Assembly (NCBI GenBank): GCA_964538375.1
Contig: CAZIFQ010000015.1
Location: forward strand, 13,425-77,424
Source: an uncultured Bacteroidaceae bacterium
Lineage (GTDB): Bacteria; Bacteroidota; Bacteroidia; Bacteroidales; GCA-2748055
Direction: 5' to 3'
Length of the DNA: 64,000 nt
Part shown: one piece after another, positions 47,201 to 55,471 of the stretch
How the letters are laid out: each line of letters begins with the position of its first letter
How positions within the stretch are numbered: the first letter of the stretch is position 1
The notes under the pieces: generated by a model
The model's input: only the letters and a program-made list of their open reading frames with translations
Database searches by the model: none
Told to the model about the DNA's origin: nothing
Position numbers and translations under genes: made by a program

Positions 47201-47294
47201 ATGGTTTATGACAATAATTCTTTATATACTCCTTTATTTCAGGGTATTAAAGAAGCTTCTGGATATGATGGGGAATCTGACCAGAAAGAAATAG
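44208..47294 (+). CDS. ABCG/White-type ABC transporter, fused ATPase plus ABC-2 permease, with ~270-aa N-terminal extension (1028 aa)
   Basis: Walker A is GASGAGKSTLLN, the signature is ISGGQRKRLNIA and Walker B is VLFLDEPTSGLS. Six TM segments lie at roughly aa 590-790. A ~190-aa hydrophilic region and a final TM segment (VIIIWFMTIILYILLYF) follow. Confidence 0.85.
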   Translation: MSEKILEALMQLFAIIAKPESLAADRRAVVESFLSKQLNQELVAEFLEVYDMYFNKFTEEDGKKTKKASRILARRSVRVLKICTAINEELTQQQKVVVLIQLLEFIKADNEKVTEQELEFLFTVADTFNIAAEEYESIREFVLNDDKLIPSVHFLFVDDSKKGRGLPPGAKHIFRENLSGQIRVIHILSTNLYFVKYIGQGEIYINGQLLEQYKSYPLNTGSSIRNQQIKPVYYSDIVSSFVGDRIKSKIVFEADHIGFKFPNGAIGLHDINFAETSGRLVGIMGASGAGKSTLLNVLNGTHEPTSGGVLINGINIHSGDPAVKGIIGHVSQDDLLIEELSVFQNLYYNAKLCFDNYNEEQLVETVNNVLVSLGLFEIKGIQVGSPLNKKISGGQRKRLNIALELIREPAVLFLDEPTSGLSSRDSENILDLLKELSLKGKLVFVVIHQPSSDIFKMFDRLLILDTGGFLIYNGNPIDSIMYFKSKVQHADWNESECHECGNVNPEQVFNIVETNVLDEYGKLTHTRRISPKQWSEYFREEYKEADQPVATKEDLPEISFKTPNRFKQFLVFLKRDILKKLSDTQYLVINFMEAPLLAFLLAFIVKYYSVSVTNKFGYTISENSNMPVYIFMSVIVALFMGLTVSAEEIIKDRKILKRESFLNLSWSGYLFSKVGVQFALSAIQAATFVLVGNSIMEIKGMYFEYWVVLFSSWAAANVTGLLISDSFKTVVTIYILIPFLVIPQIILSGIIVKFENLNPQISTPSRIPIYGEIITARWAYEGLATYQFMENDYQKNFYQQEKIKSVAEFKSNFLLKNLQNKLVVISENYKDPEKAELIAGHLDLIRNELDKEYKSRMVFKTYCEDAPGYKMKYLDQLVPGEINDTILTYTDEYLQALSKAYTDIYRDAFRESNAIKQKFDLEELQEMKRKHHNTALADFVTNKNEFEKIVEYKGQLIQKASPIYLDPSSKFIKAHFYAPRKMIFGTFIRTLWANVIIIWFMTIILYILLYFRVLKKLLDMMGNLTRKK

Positions 47295-47311
47295 AGTTGA
47301 TGAATTATCTT

Positions 47312-47358
47312 AAAAAGAGGCTGTATCATTTAAATTATGATACAGCCTCTTTCTTGTA
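47312..47358. terminator. Bidirectional terminator between the ABC gene (+) and the siaC-like gene (-)
   Basis: The perfect 16-bp arms are AAAGAGGCTGTATCAT-ttaaatt-ATGATACAGCCTCTTT. An A-run lies upstream and TTCTT downstream. Confidence 0.8.
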
Positions 47359-47446
47359 TTTATTACTGTTGCCTCAGCATAAAAAAGATATGGGTATCCT
47401 CCTCAATAGGGAATACCCACACTTTAATATTGTATGAAACGAGAAC

Positions 47447-47827
47447 TTATTCTACGATCTCGATCATTTTAAAAGGAACCCTGATAATAGATTCGTAGTC
47501 TTCTCCTGCTTCAAGCATATCTTCATCATCTTCTTCATAATGCCAGTTGATGATTACTTCATTTTTGCCTTTGTGAATGGCTTCGAGTTTTTTAAACACA
47601 TCAAGAATACACTTTGATGAACTTGTGTTAAAATATTCTAACTGCACATTCACCTGTGTTAGCTCAAGAGGTGAGCCACTATATTGCTCCAACCATTCTA
47701 CAAGCGGCTTATAGAATTCAATTGAGTTTTCAGGGATTGAGCGCCCTTTAATTTCAATTACACCGTCTTGTGCATTAAATTTTACTGTTGGTGTTTTAGC
47801 GGTTCCTTCAATTGATAATGGTTCCAT
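47447..47827 (-). CDS. DUF1987 / SiaC-like regulatory protein (126 aa)
   Basis: The N-terminus LSIEGTAKTPTVKFNAQDGVIEIKGRSIPENSIEFYKPLVEWL, followed by LEYFNTSSSKCILDVFKKLE, is the DUF1987 pattern as I recall it. Confidence 0.7.
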   Translation of the reverse strand: MEPLSIEGTAKTPTVKFNAQDGVIEIKGRSIPENSIEFYKPLVEWLEQYSGSPLELTQVNVQLEYFNTSSSKCILDVFKKLEAIHKGKNEVIINWHYEEDDEDMLEAGEDYESIIRVPFKMIEIVE

Positions 47828-47849
47828 AATCTATATTTTAAAAATTTTA

Positions 47850-48407
47850 TCAAGGATTATAATCAATATATACATCTAAATTAAAAAAACTAAAGTCTTC
47901 ATCATACTTGTGAAAAGAAAAGTCAAGCGGATTGCCCGTTTTCCTTGCAATATCAACAAGTCCTAGCCCCCCTCCGCCTTTGTCAGATAACCGTTGATGG
48001 TTCAGTATAAACTTATACATATCCTTCAACTCCTCTTTTGACATGGTATTGATCTTATCAATTTTGTTCTTGAGAACATCAATTTTATCGGTAGAAACGA
48101 AATTACCGGTAGAAATTTTGTATTTGGATCCTATACGAGAAACAACAAGGATTCCAAACTTCTCTTCATATTCTTCTTGCATACCAGGAGGTAAAACATC
48201 AATGTGGTGGTAAAGGTTTTGTAAACTCTCCACCAATACATTGTATACTTTCTTCCTAATTTTTGAATCCTCGCTATAGTCATCCATCCTGGCCTCAACA
48301 ACTTCCAGCACGTTACTAATCAACTCACTGGTAACATTACCTTTGTAAGCAATCAGGACGTCATCGCCGTTTAACTTGGAGTAATAATCGTTTACATCAA
48401 AGCTCAT
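47850..48407 (-). CDS. SiaB-like (GHKL-fold, anti-sigma-kinase-like) small protein kinase (185 aa)
   Basis: LVESLQNLYHH is an N-box-like helix. The C-terminal GGGGLGLVDIARKTG is a G2-box-like ATP lid. It sits immediately upstream of a DUF1987 gene, as in SiaB/SiaC pairs. Confidence 0.6.
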   Translation of the reverse strand: MSFDVNDYYSKLNGDDVLIAYKGNVTSELISNVLEVVEARMDDYSEDSKIRKKVYNVLVESLQNLYHHIDVLPPGMQEEYEEKFGILVVSRIGSKYKISTGNFVSTDKIDVLKNKIDKINTMSKEELKDMYKFILNHQRLSDKGGGGLGLVDIARKTGNPLDFSFHKYDEDFSFFNLDVYIDYNP

Positions 48408-48454
48408 TTAAGCTTTATTTGTTTCAGGTAAATTATGCAAAATTTCTTGCTCAG

Positions 48455-48462
48455 CAAATATA
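48455..48462 (-). promoter_or_regulatory. -7 box TATATTTG (minus strand) for the siaB/siaC-like pair
   Basis: The plus strand reads CAAATATA. This is an exact TAnnTTTG about 48 nt upstream of the ATG at 48407. Confidence 0.4.
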
Positions 48463-48628
48463 AAAAAAATTATGGCTACTCAAAACAAGTCCTACTGGAA
48501 CTTTATTATGAGTTTCATCTCAAATTTGTTTACTAAAAATAGTTAAAAATTCTTGTACTGCACAATATTTGTCAACTATTTCATTTTTTTTTATTAAACC
48601 AACGTTTTTCTTTGACAATTGTACTAAA

Positions 48629-49783
48629 TCACATAATTGAATTGCTTTTGTGTTCCTTCAATTTTCCCTTAAATAGAGAATATTTAATGTATCTACACTC
48701 TAAATTGGCATTATATAATGTCAGTTTCTTATCTGGTTTCAAACCAATATGTTTTATTGCTTCGAAATTTGAAGTGAAAAGCCATGCTTTTGATCCCCCA
48801 AAACTATGTTTTAATGTACTTCCTATACCACTGTACATTGCTTCAATATCAGCCACTACTATTCTCTCTCCATAAGGAGGATTTATAACAAGGATGGCAT
48901 TGTCCTGTTGTTCAGGATATTCCATGAAATCCTGCTTATTCACTGTAATAACATCTTCAAGTTTTGCAGACCTTACATTTGCCCGGATCATACTCACTGA
49001 TTCACCATCAATATCTGTTGCCAGGATAGGAACATTAATTTCCCTTGTGGGTGGAAGATTCTCCATAACACGCTCATATAAAACAGGATCAAAGTCAAGC
49101 CAATCTTCAAATGCATATTTCTTCCTGAAAACGCCGGGAGGTATATTTCCAGCTATCAGGGCAGCTTCAATAGCAATTGTACCTGAGCCACTCATTGGAT
49201 CAATAAAAGGTTTCTCTCCTCTCCAATCGGTTAAAAGAATCATTCCTGCTGCCAGAACTTCATTGATAGATGCGATATGACTCTTGGTTTTATACCCTCT
49301 TTTATGAAGAGAATCTCCTGAACTATCCAGAGATATTAAGAAAGACGTTTCATTTACGTGAACATTTATCCTGACATCGGGGGTTTTCGTATTAACGGGA
49401 GGCCTGAGAGAGGATTTTTCCCTGAATTGATCAACAATGGCATCCTTGATTTTCTGCTCTACATATAAGCTATTAGTATATACTTTCGAAAAGACAACTG
49501 CATCAATAACGAAAGATTTCTTCACAGTAAGGTACTGTGACCAGTCTATCCGAGAGATGTTGTTATAGAGTCGCTGTTCATTGTGTGCAGAAAACCTGGA
49601 AATCGGCATCAGGATTCGTAAAGCTGTACGCAAACAAAAATTTGCTTTATACAACAATGCCCTTCCACCTGTAAAATTAACTCCCCGGTTAACGGGTTCA
49701 ACATTGTCTGCACCCAATAAGCGAAGTTCCTCAGCAAGGATATTTTCCAATCCTTTAAGCGTTTTTGCGTGAAATGTCTCCAT
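48629..49783 (-). CDS. THUMP-domain class I SAM-dependent RNA (m2G-type) methyltransferase
   Basis: The N-terminal ferredoxin-like plus THUMP region reads FHAKTLKGLENILAEELRLLGA. Motif I is DPMSGSGTIAIEAA and motif IV is VINPPYGERI. Confidence 0.85.
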   Translation of the reverse strand: METFHAKTLKGLENILAEELRLLGADNVEPVNRGVNFTGGRALLYKANFCLRTALRILMPISRFSAHNEQRLYNNISRIDWSQYLTVKKSFVIDAVVFSKVYTNSLYVEQKIKDAIVDQFREKSSLRPPVNTKTPDVRINVHVNETSFLISLDSSGDSLHKRGYKTKSHIASINEVLAAGMILLTDWRGEKPFIDPMSGSGTIAIEAALIAGNIPPGVFRKKYAFEDWLDFDPVLYERVMENLPPTREINVPILATDIDGESVSMIRANVRSAKLEDVITVNKQDFMEYPEQQDNAILVINPPYGERIVVADIEAMYSGIGSTLKHSFGGSKAWLFTSNFEAIKHIGLKPDKKLTLYNANLECRYIKYSLFKGKLKEHKSNSIM

Positions 49784-49791
49784 TGATCCTC

Positions 49792-50313
49792 TTATCTCTT
49801 AAAATGATTATTTATTGCATTAACTGCATTTCGATTGCGCTGATCAGATTCACCCTTGACAATGTAGTAAGAATATCCAAGTTGATCCAGGTTTTGCTCA
49901 TACATGCTAAAAAGATGATCTCTCATGCTTCCCCCATTTTCCCTGACAGGATCAGGTTCCCATGCCAGATCAGGAAAGCAGAGCAGCACGAGATCTGGTT
50001 TATAATCGCTAAGGGCCTTGCTGATCCATGCAGGCGATTCATTATAAACCAGCTCCATCCATACTTTGGTAATAACCAGACCTGTATCAAAGAATACCCA
50101 TTCATGATCATTATAGTTCCGGTTCCACTGCTCAATCTGCTTTTTGCCAATTTCAACTACATCATTTTTCTTGTAGGATCCATCAAGCTTTTCAATATAC
50201 TGCCGGGCATATTCAGGTATCCATAGCCCTTCGAAATACTCTGAAAGGAACTCGCAAAGCACTGTTTTTCCTGTTGATTCAGGCCCTGTGACAATTATTT
50301 TCTTTGTCGTCAT
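49792..50313 (-). CDS. NadR-type ribosylnicotinamide kinase-like AAA ATPase (kinase domain only, 173 aa)
   Basis: The P-loop is IIVTGPESTGKT. The EYAR segment and 4-nt overlap coupling to pnuC support the call. Confidence 0.65.
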   Translation of the reverse strand: MTTKKIIVTGPESTGKTVLCEFLSEYFEGLWIPEYARQYIEKLDGSYKKNDVVEIGKKQIEQWNRNYNDHEWVFFDTGLVITKVWMELVYNESPAWISKALSDYKPDLVLLCFPDLAWEPDPVRENGGSMRDHLFSMYEQNLDQLGYSYYIVKGESDQRNRNAVNAINNHFKR

Positions 50314-50894
50314 ACTGCCATCTTTAGTTCTTTACTCCACTGAATATAGCCAACAAAAGCCATGAAAGTGTAAATAACAAACAGGATGGATGTTGGATAT
50401 AGCCCTTTGTAAATATACAATCCCATTGAAATAAAATCTATAGCTATCCACAATATCCAATGCTCCATGTATTTCCGGGTTAACATCCACGTTGCTACTA
50501 TGCTGCCTGATGTTGTAAGCGCATCCCAATAAGGAAGGGGCGAATCGGTCAGATGATCAAGTACCAGTCCAATTGCCACGAATAAAACAATGATTGATAC
50601 TGCAGCCATGAGCAATTGTCTGCCTCGAATTTTGCGCACCGGCATTTTCTCCCCTGTCTTGTTTCTGGCACTTGCCCAGCTGGCCCAGCCATAAACACTG
50701 ATAAACAGGTAATATACGTTCAGGCCCATATCAGCATAAAACTTCGACTGGTAGAAAACAATCACATAAAGTGCGGCACTCAGAATCCCAAGGGGCCACA
50801 ACAAAATATTCTGTTTGATGCTTAGTATCAGGTATGCAATACTGAGAAGGGTTCCCAGTACCTCTATATAGTGTTCAATCAACCAGTTTACCAT
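50310..50894 (-). CDS. pnuC: Nicotinamide riboside transporter PnuC
   Basis: Seven TM segments and 194 aa. The Trp-rich motifs WPLGI, YGWASW and ATWMLTRKYMEHWILWI are typical of PnuC. Confidence 0.8.
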   Translation of the reverse strand: MVNWLIEHYIEVLGTLLSIAYLILSIKQNILLWPLGILSAALYVIVFYQSKFYADMGLNVYYLFISVYGWASWASARNKTGEKMPVRKIRGRQLLMAAVSIIVLFVAIGLVLDHLTDSPLPYWDALTTSGSIVATWMLTRKYMEHWILWIAIDFISMGLYIYKGLYPTSILFVIYTFMAFVGYIQWSKELKMAV

Positions 50895-50895
50895 A

Positions 50896-52491
50896 TCAAC
50901 TGGACTGTTTTAGCTTCTCCTTATAAAGTTTTGGATGCGAAAGAATCTCCTTGGCTTTAAGAAAGATGACATCTGTCTCGTTATAAATTTCATAGAATTT
51001 CTCTGTATCCCATAGGTCCCTGGCAACATATGCCTTGAATAAAATTATAATTTGTGATTTTGAGATATCCCAGTCCTCCTGGCTGAAATCGAGGCCCTCC
51101 TCTTCAGCATAGGAAATAAGACCTGCTAATACTTCATCGTCTACCTTGTAATCTTTAGTGTAATCATCAAATGCTCCGTAATCTGCTTTCAGCTTATCCC
51201 TGTAATTGTCAATATACTGGAGCATATACTGGTTAAATATGCCCATGCTAAACAGCTTGCTGTAGTAATCGGAAACAACTGTTGTATCCACGGGAACAAA
51301 ATAGTCCGGCATAATTCCGCCACCACCATACACTGTTCTTCCCAGAACCAGGGTCTTGAACTTAAGGGAATCGGGAAATAGAATACTGTCGGCAGTATTC
51401 AGTTCACCCTGGTTAAAACGGTTTATAATATCCATGGCATAATCTTCATAGCCATTTTCATATGATTTTTGTATCAATCTTCCTGTTGGTGTATAGTAAC
51501 GGGCAATGGTGAGCCGGATCTCTGATCCATCACTTAAGCGCAGGGGCTGTTGCACCAGGCCCTTTCCAAATGATCTTCTTCCCACAAGGACACCCCTGTC
51601 CCACTCCTGTATCGCACCACTGACAATCTCACTTGCTGACGCGGAGTACTCGTCAATCATAATTACAAGCCGTCCCTCTTCAAGCAATCCGCCTCTTTTT
51701 GACTTATGCTCTTTCCGCTGGTACTTGTCGCCTTCTGTTATTACGATTTCTTTACCCGTCTCCAGGAAATGGTCAGAAAGCGCAACCGCACTACTCAGAT
51801 AACCACCACCGTTTCCTGAAAGATCGAGTACCAGGTTTTCCAATCCTTCACTTTTCAATTCTTTCAGGGCCTTTTCGAATTCCTCGACAGTTGTCTGTGA
51901 GAATCTCGACAGTTTGATATACCCGGTAGTCTTATCCACCATATATGATGCATCCAGGCTATACATTGGGATTTTATCCCTTACAATATTAAAATCAAGT
52001 TCATCCCCCGTATTTTTTCTAAATACCGTAATCCTTACCCTGGTACCTTTCTTTCCCTTAAGCCGCTTCTGTACTCCCCCTGTAGAGATGCCAATTCCTG
52101 CAACAATTTCATCCTCAACCTTGATTATTCTGTCGCCTGCTCTTATTCCTACTCTTTCAGACGGCCCTCCTTCTATAGTGCTGATAATGAAAATAGTGTC
52201 CTGAAGTATATTGAATGAAACTCCAATACCTTCGAATTCCCCGTTCAACTGTTCGCTCATCTCCTTGATATCATCTTTACTGATATATGAAGAGTGAGGA
52301 TCCAGTTCGTGAAGCATCTGCTCAATAGTATTCTCAATGAGTGCATCTTCATCGACTGAATCGACATAGAACCGACTGATCTTATCCATCACTTCCATCA
52401 GCTTCAAGCCACCGGCATGCCATTGTCCAAACGATGTAGAAAAAATAAACATCGCAACTAGTACAAGCAGTATATATCTGATATTCTTCAT
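50896..52491 (-). CDS. S41 family C-terminal processing peptidase (start at ATG 52491 preferred)
   Basis: The signal anchor is MKNIRYILLVLVAMFIF. The PDZ region contains GPSERVGIRAGDRIIKVE. The catalytic region shows DLSGNGGG, SASASEI (Ser) and GKGLVQ (Lys). Confidence 0.85.
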   Translation of the reverse strand: MKNIRYILLVLVAMFIFSTSFGQWHAGGLKLMEVMDKISRFYVDSVDEDALIENTIEQMLHELDPHSSYISKDDIKEMSEQLNGEFEGIGVSFNILQDTIFIISTIEGGPSERVGIRAGDRIIKVEDEIVAGIGISTGGVQKRLKGKKGTRVRITVFRKNTGDELDFNIVRDKIPMYSLDASYMVDKTTGYIKLSRFSQTTVEEFEKALKELKSEGLENLVLDLSGNGGGYLSSAVALSDHFLETGKEIVITEGDKYQRKEHKSKRGGLLEEGRLVIMIDEYSASASEIVSGAIQEWDRGVLVGRRSFGKGLVQQPLRLSDGSEIRLTIARYYTPTGRLIQKSYENGYEDYAMDIINRFNQGELNTADSILFPDSLKFKTLVLGRTVYGGGGIMPDYFVPVDTTVVSDYYSKLFSMGIFNQYMLQYIDNYRDKLKADYGAFDDYTKDYKVDDEVLAGLISYAEEEGLDFSQEDWDISKSQIIILFKAYVARDLWDTEKFYEIYNETDVIFLKAKEILSHPKLYKEKLKQSS

Positions 52492-52551
52492 CGTGTTATT
52501 CTTAAAAAGTTGTGTATTATAATAACCTGCAGAATGCAATAATGTTGCATA

Positions 52552-54081
52552 CTACTCCCACTCGATTGTAGCTGGCGGCTTTGAACTGATGTCATATACA
52601 ACCCGGTTGATCCCTCTTACTTTATTTATTATGTCGTTGGAGACGCGACTGAGAAATTCCGAAGGCAAGTGCGCCCAATCAGCAGTCATCCCATCAGTTG
52701 CAGTAACAGCTCTTAGTGCAACAACAAATTCATAGGTTCGTTCGTCACCCATTACACCAACAGATTGAACCGGTAAGAGCATGGTTCCTGCCTGCCAGAT
52801 GCGATCATATAATCCGTAGCTTTTTAGTCCTTCGATAAAAATATAATCAGCCTCCTGAGCCAGTCGCACTTTCTCACGGCTTACTTCGCCCAGCACCCTT
52901 ATTCCCAATCCAGGGCCAGGGAAAGGATGTCTTTTCAATATATGCGAACCAATATTAAGTGAATACCCAACCCTTCTGACTTCATCTTTGAATAAGAGTC
53001 GAAGCGGCTCCACAATTTTCAGGTTTATCTTTTCAGGCAAGCCACCCACATTATGGTGAGATTTAATGGTAGCTGAAGGTCCATTCACAGACACAGACTC
53101 GATAACATCGGGGTAAATAGTTCCCTGGGCCAGCCATTTAATGTTTTTTAATTTCAGCGATTCTGCTTCAAATACTTCGATGAAATTCTTCCCGATACTT
53201 TTTCGCTTTTTTTCCGGATCTACAATTCCTACCAGGTCATCCAGAAATTTATCCTGTGCATTTACACCGATAACTTTCAATCCAAGGTCCATATAAGATT
53301 CCAGGACATCCTCATATTCATTCTTCCTCAGCAGTCCATTATCTACAAAGATACAAGTGAGGTTTTTACCTATAGCCCTGTGCAATAATACTGCTGCCAC
53401 AGATGAATCAACTCCACCCGATAATCCCAACACAACTTCATCATCCCCCAATGTACGTTTCAGTTCATTTATAGTGGCCTCAATGAAAGATTCTGGTGTC
53501 CAGGACTGCTCACATCCACAAATTTCCCTCAGGAAATTTCCCAGTATTTTTATCCCTTCAGTAGTATGATATACCTCCGGGTGAAACTGCAGTCCGAATG
53601 TATTTTCATTCTCAACTGCGTATGCACCAATGGCAACATCGCTTGTACTGGCAATAATATTGTATCCTTTCGGCAGGTTCATAATCGTATCACCATGCGA
53701 CATCCATACCTGGGTATTGAGCGGAACATCCTTCAGTAAAGGATTGTCCTCGTCAATTTCGCTTAGCCGGGCCCGACCATACTCTCTTGAGTCAGATGCC
53801 TGCACCTCACCGCCGTAATAATGTGAAAGATACTGTGCACCGTAACAGATACCCAGTAATGGAATTTTGCCCTTGATTGAATCGATATTCGGAATAGGCG
53901 CATTTTCATCACGCACTGAATATGGACTACCAGATAGAATGACACCTTTTACAGATTCATCAATCTCCGGGTAATGATTATAAGGATGTATTTCACAGTA
54001 CACATTATTCTCACGTACCTTTCTCGCAATCAGCTGAGTATACTGAGAACCAAAATCCAGGATAATAATCTTTTCAACCAC
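52552..54081 (-). CDS. guaA: GMP synthase (glutamine-hydrolysing)
   Basis: [20 protein letters not shown] and GICYGAQ (GATase Cys) are present. [11 protein letters not shown] is the ATP-PPase P-loop. The C-terminus ends PPATIEWE. Confidence 0.95.
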   Translation of the reverse strand: MVEKIIILDFGSQYTQLIARKVRENNVYCEIHPYNHYPEIDESVKGVILSGSPYSVRDENAPIPNIDSIKGKIPLLGICYGAQYLSHYYGGEVQASDSREYGRARLSEIDEDNPLLKDVPLNTQVWMSHGDTIMNLPKGYNIIASTSDVAIGAYAVENENTFGLQFHPEVYHTTEGIKILGNFLREICGCEQSWTPESFIEATINELKRTLGDDEVVLGLSGGVDSSVAAVLLHRAIGKNLTCIFVDNGLLRKNEYEDVLESYMDLGLKVIGVNAQDKFLDDLVGIVDPEKKRKSIGKNFIEVFEAESLKLKNIKWLAQGTIYPDVIESVSVNGPSATIKSHHNVGGLPEKINLKIVEPLRLLFKDEVRRVGYSLNIGSHILKRHPFPGPGLGIRVLGEVSREKVRLAQEADYIFIEGLKSYGLYDRIWQAGTMLLPVQSVGVMGDERTYEFVVALRAVTATDGMTADWAHLPSEFLSRVSNDIINKVRGINRVVYDISSKPPATIEWE

Positions 54082-54161
54082 GCTGCAATGTTTTAATTAG
54101 TCGGTAAAAATAACACATAAGTTTAGATAATGGATGCGAAAGCGCCTGCTTTTTATCGACA

Positions 54162-55082
54162 TTATTTTTCTCTTTTTAAAGGAACTGAGTAAACGTCACC
54201 GTCATTCACAGCTACCGTCTCACCGAATACCTCCTGTGCCTCATCAGCAAACTCCTGCTCTGATTTATACCTGGTAGAGAAATGGCCTATTATTAATCTT
54301 CCGGCATTTGCCCGTAAGGCAATTTCTGCGGCCTGTTTGGCCGTTGAATGCAGCGTCTGTTTTGCTAATTTCCGATCTCTTTCCAGGAATGTTGCCTCGT
54401 GATACAAGAGATCGACGCCCTGAATTTGACTGGCTATCGAAGATTTGAATCCTGAATCTGAGATAAATGCGTAAGACCTGGGATGCCAGGGTTTCATAGT
54501 AAGTTCTTTGTTTGGAATTGTCTTTCCCTCCGCTGTAAGATAATCTGCACCATTCTTTATTTTTACCCTCTCCTCGATGTTGATATTGTACTTTTCGAGT
54601 TTCTCCTTGTTAAGATTAAGCAGTTTGTCTTTCTCCCTGAAGATATAACCAAATGTCTGGGTTCGATGCATTAACTCAATGGCATGAACCTCTGTCTTGC
54701 TATCCTCATACACTCTTTCTCCTGGCAAGGGTATATGGAATTTCAGGACATAGGGCAAAGGACCGAAATAGCTCAAATGACTATTCAACATTTCCTCCAT
54801 CTTTTCAGGAGCGTAAATGTGCAGGTCGGCTTTTCTGCCCATAAGGCCCAGGCTGGATAAGAGTCCAAACAATCCAAACACATGGTCGCCGTGCAAATGA
54901 GATATAAAGATATGATTGATCCGGGCTGGGCTGATGTGTAATTTTCTCAATTGAATTTGTACTCCCTCACCGCAATCTATCAAAAAAAACCGCTCATTTA
55001 TATTCAATAAATGAGCGGTAGTATTACGTTTTGATGTAGGCAGTGCAGAACTACTACCCAAGATTGTTAATTCAAAAGACAC
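54162..55082 (-). CDS. rnz: Ribonuclease Z
   Basis: LTILGSSSALPT and ISHLHGDH (the HxHxDH metallo-beta-lactamase motif) are present, with HFS near the C-terminus. 306 aa. Confidence 0.9.
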   Translation of the reverse strand: MSFELTILGSSSALPTSKRNTTAHLLNINERFFLIDCGEGVQIQLRKLHISPARINHIFISHLHGDHVFGLFGLLSSLGLMGRKADLHIYAPEKMEEMLNSHLSYFGPLPYVLKFHIPLPGERVYEDSKTEVHAIELMHRTQTFGYIFREKDKLLNLNKEKLEKYNINIEERVKIKNGADYLTAEGKTIPNKELTMKPWHPRSYAFISDSGFKSSIASQIQGVDLLYHEATFLERDRKLAKQTLHSTAKQAAEIALRANAGRLIIGHFSTRYKSEQEFADEAQEVFGETVAVNDGDVYSVPLKREK

Positions 55083-55094
55083 GCTGTCTATAAG

Positions 55095-55442
55095 TTAATC
55101 AGCATCTTTAATCATTGTCACCGCTTCGTCAACTGACGAAGAAATATTCAGTACAGTATCCAACTGTGATATGGTAATCAACCTTTCAACAGCATCGTTC
55201 AAACCTGTAAGTACAAAAGTACCGCTAGCATTTTTACAGAGACGGTTTGCAACAAGGATAGCACTAAGCCCAGAAGAATCACAATAACGACAATTGCTCA
55301 GATCAAGAACAATGTTTTTCTCGCCATTACCTGACACCAGCACAAGCTCCGATTTCAATGTTGGTGCTATGTGAGTGTCTAATTTTTCCTCCAATACTTT
55401 GATTAAAGTATGGTTTTCAAATTTTTCAATATTGAACTCCAT
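55095..55442 (-). CDS. STAS-domain protein (anti-sigma-factor antagonist-like), 115 aa
   Basis: VLDLSNCRYCDSSGLSAILVA contains the DSSG loop. Size and secondary-structure pattern fit a STAS domain. Confidence 0.8.
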   Translation of the reverse strand: MEFNIEKFENHTLIKVLEEKLDTHIAPTLKSELVLVSGNGEKNIVLDLSNCRYCDSSGLSAILVANRLCKNASGTFVLTGLNDAVERLITISQLDTVLNISSSVDEAVTMIKDAD

Positions 55443-55471
55443 TGCTGAAAATTTAGTAGTTAAACCTAATA

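Noticed and set aside
49765-50226. 153-aa ORF antisense to the NadR-like ATPase gene
   Set aside because: It lies entirely within, and opposite to, a gene with a clear P-loop and coupling to pnuC. It has no motifs. Long antisense ORFs are expected by chance opposite coding frames.
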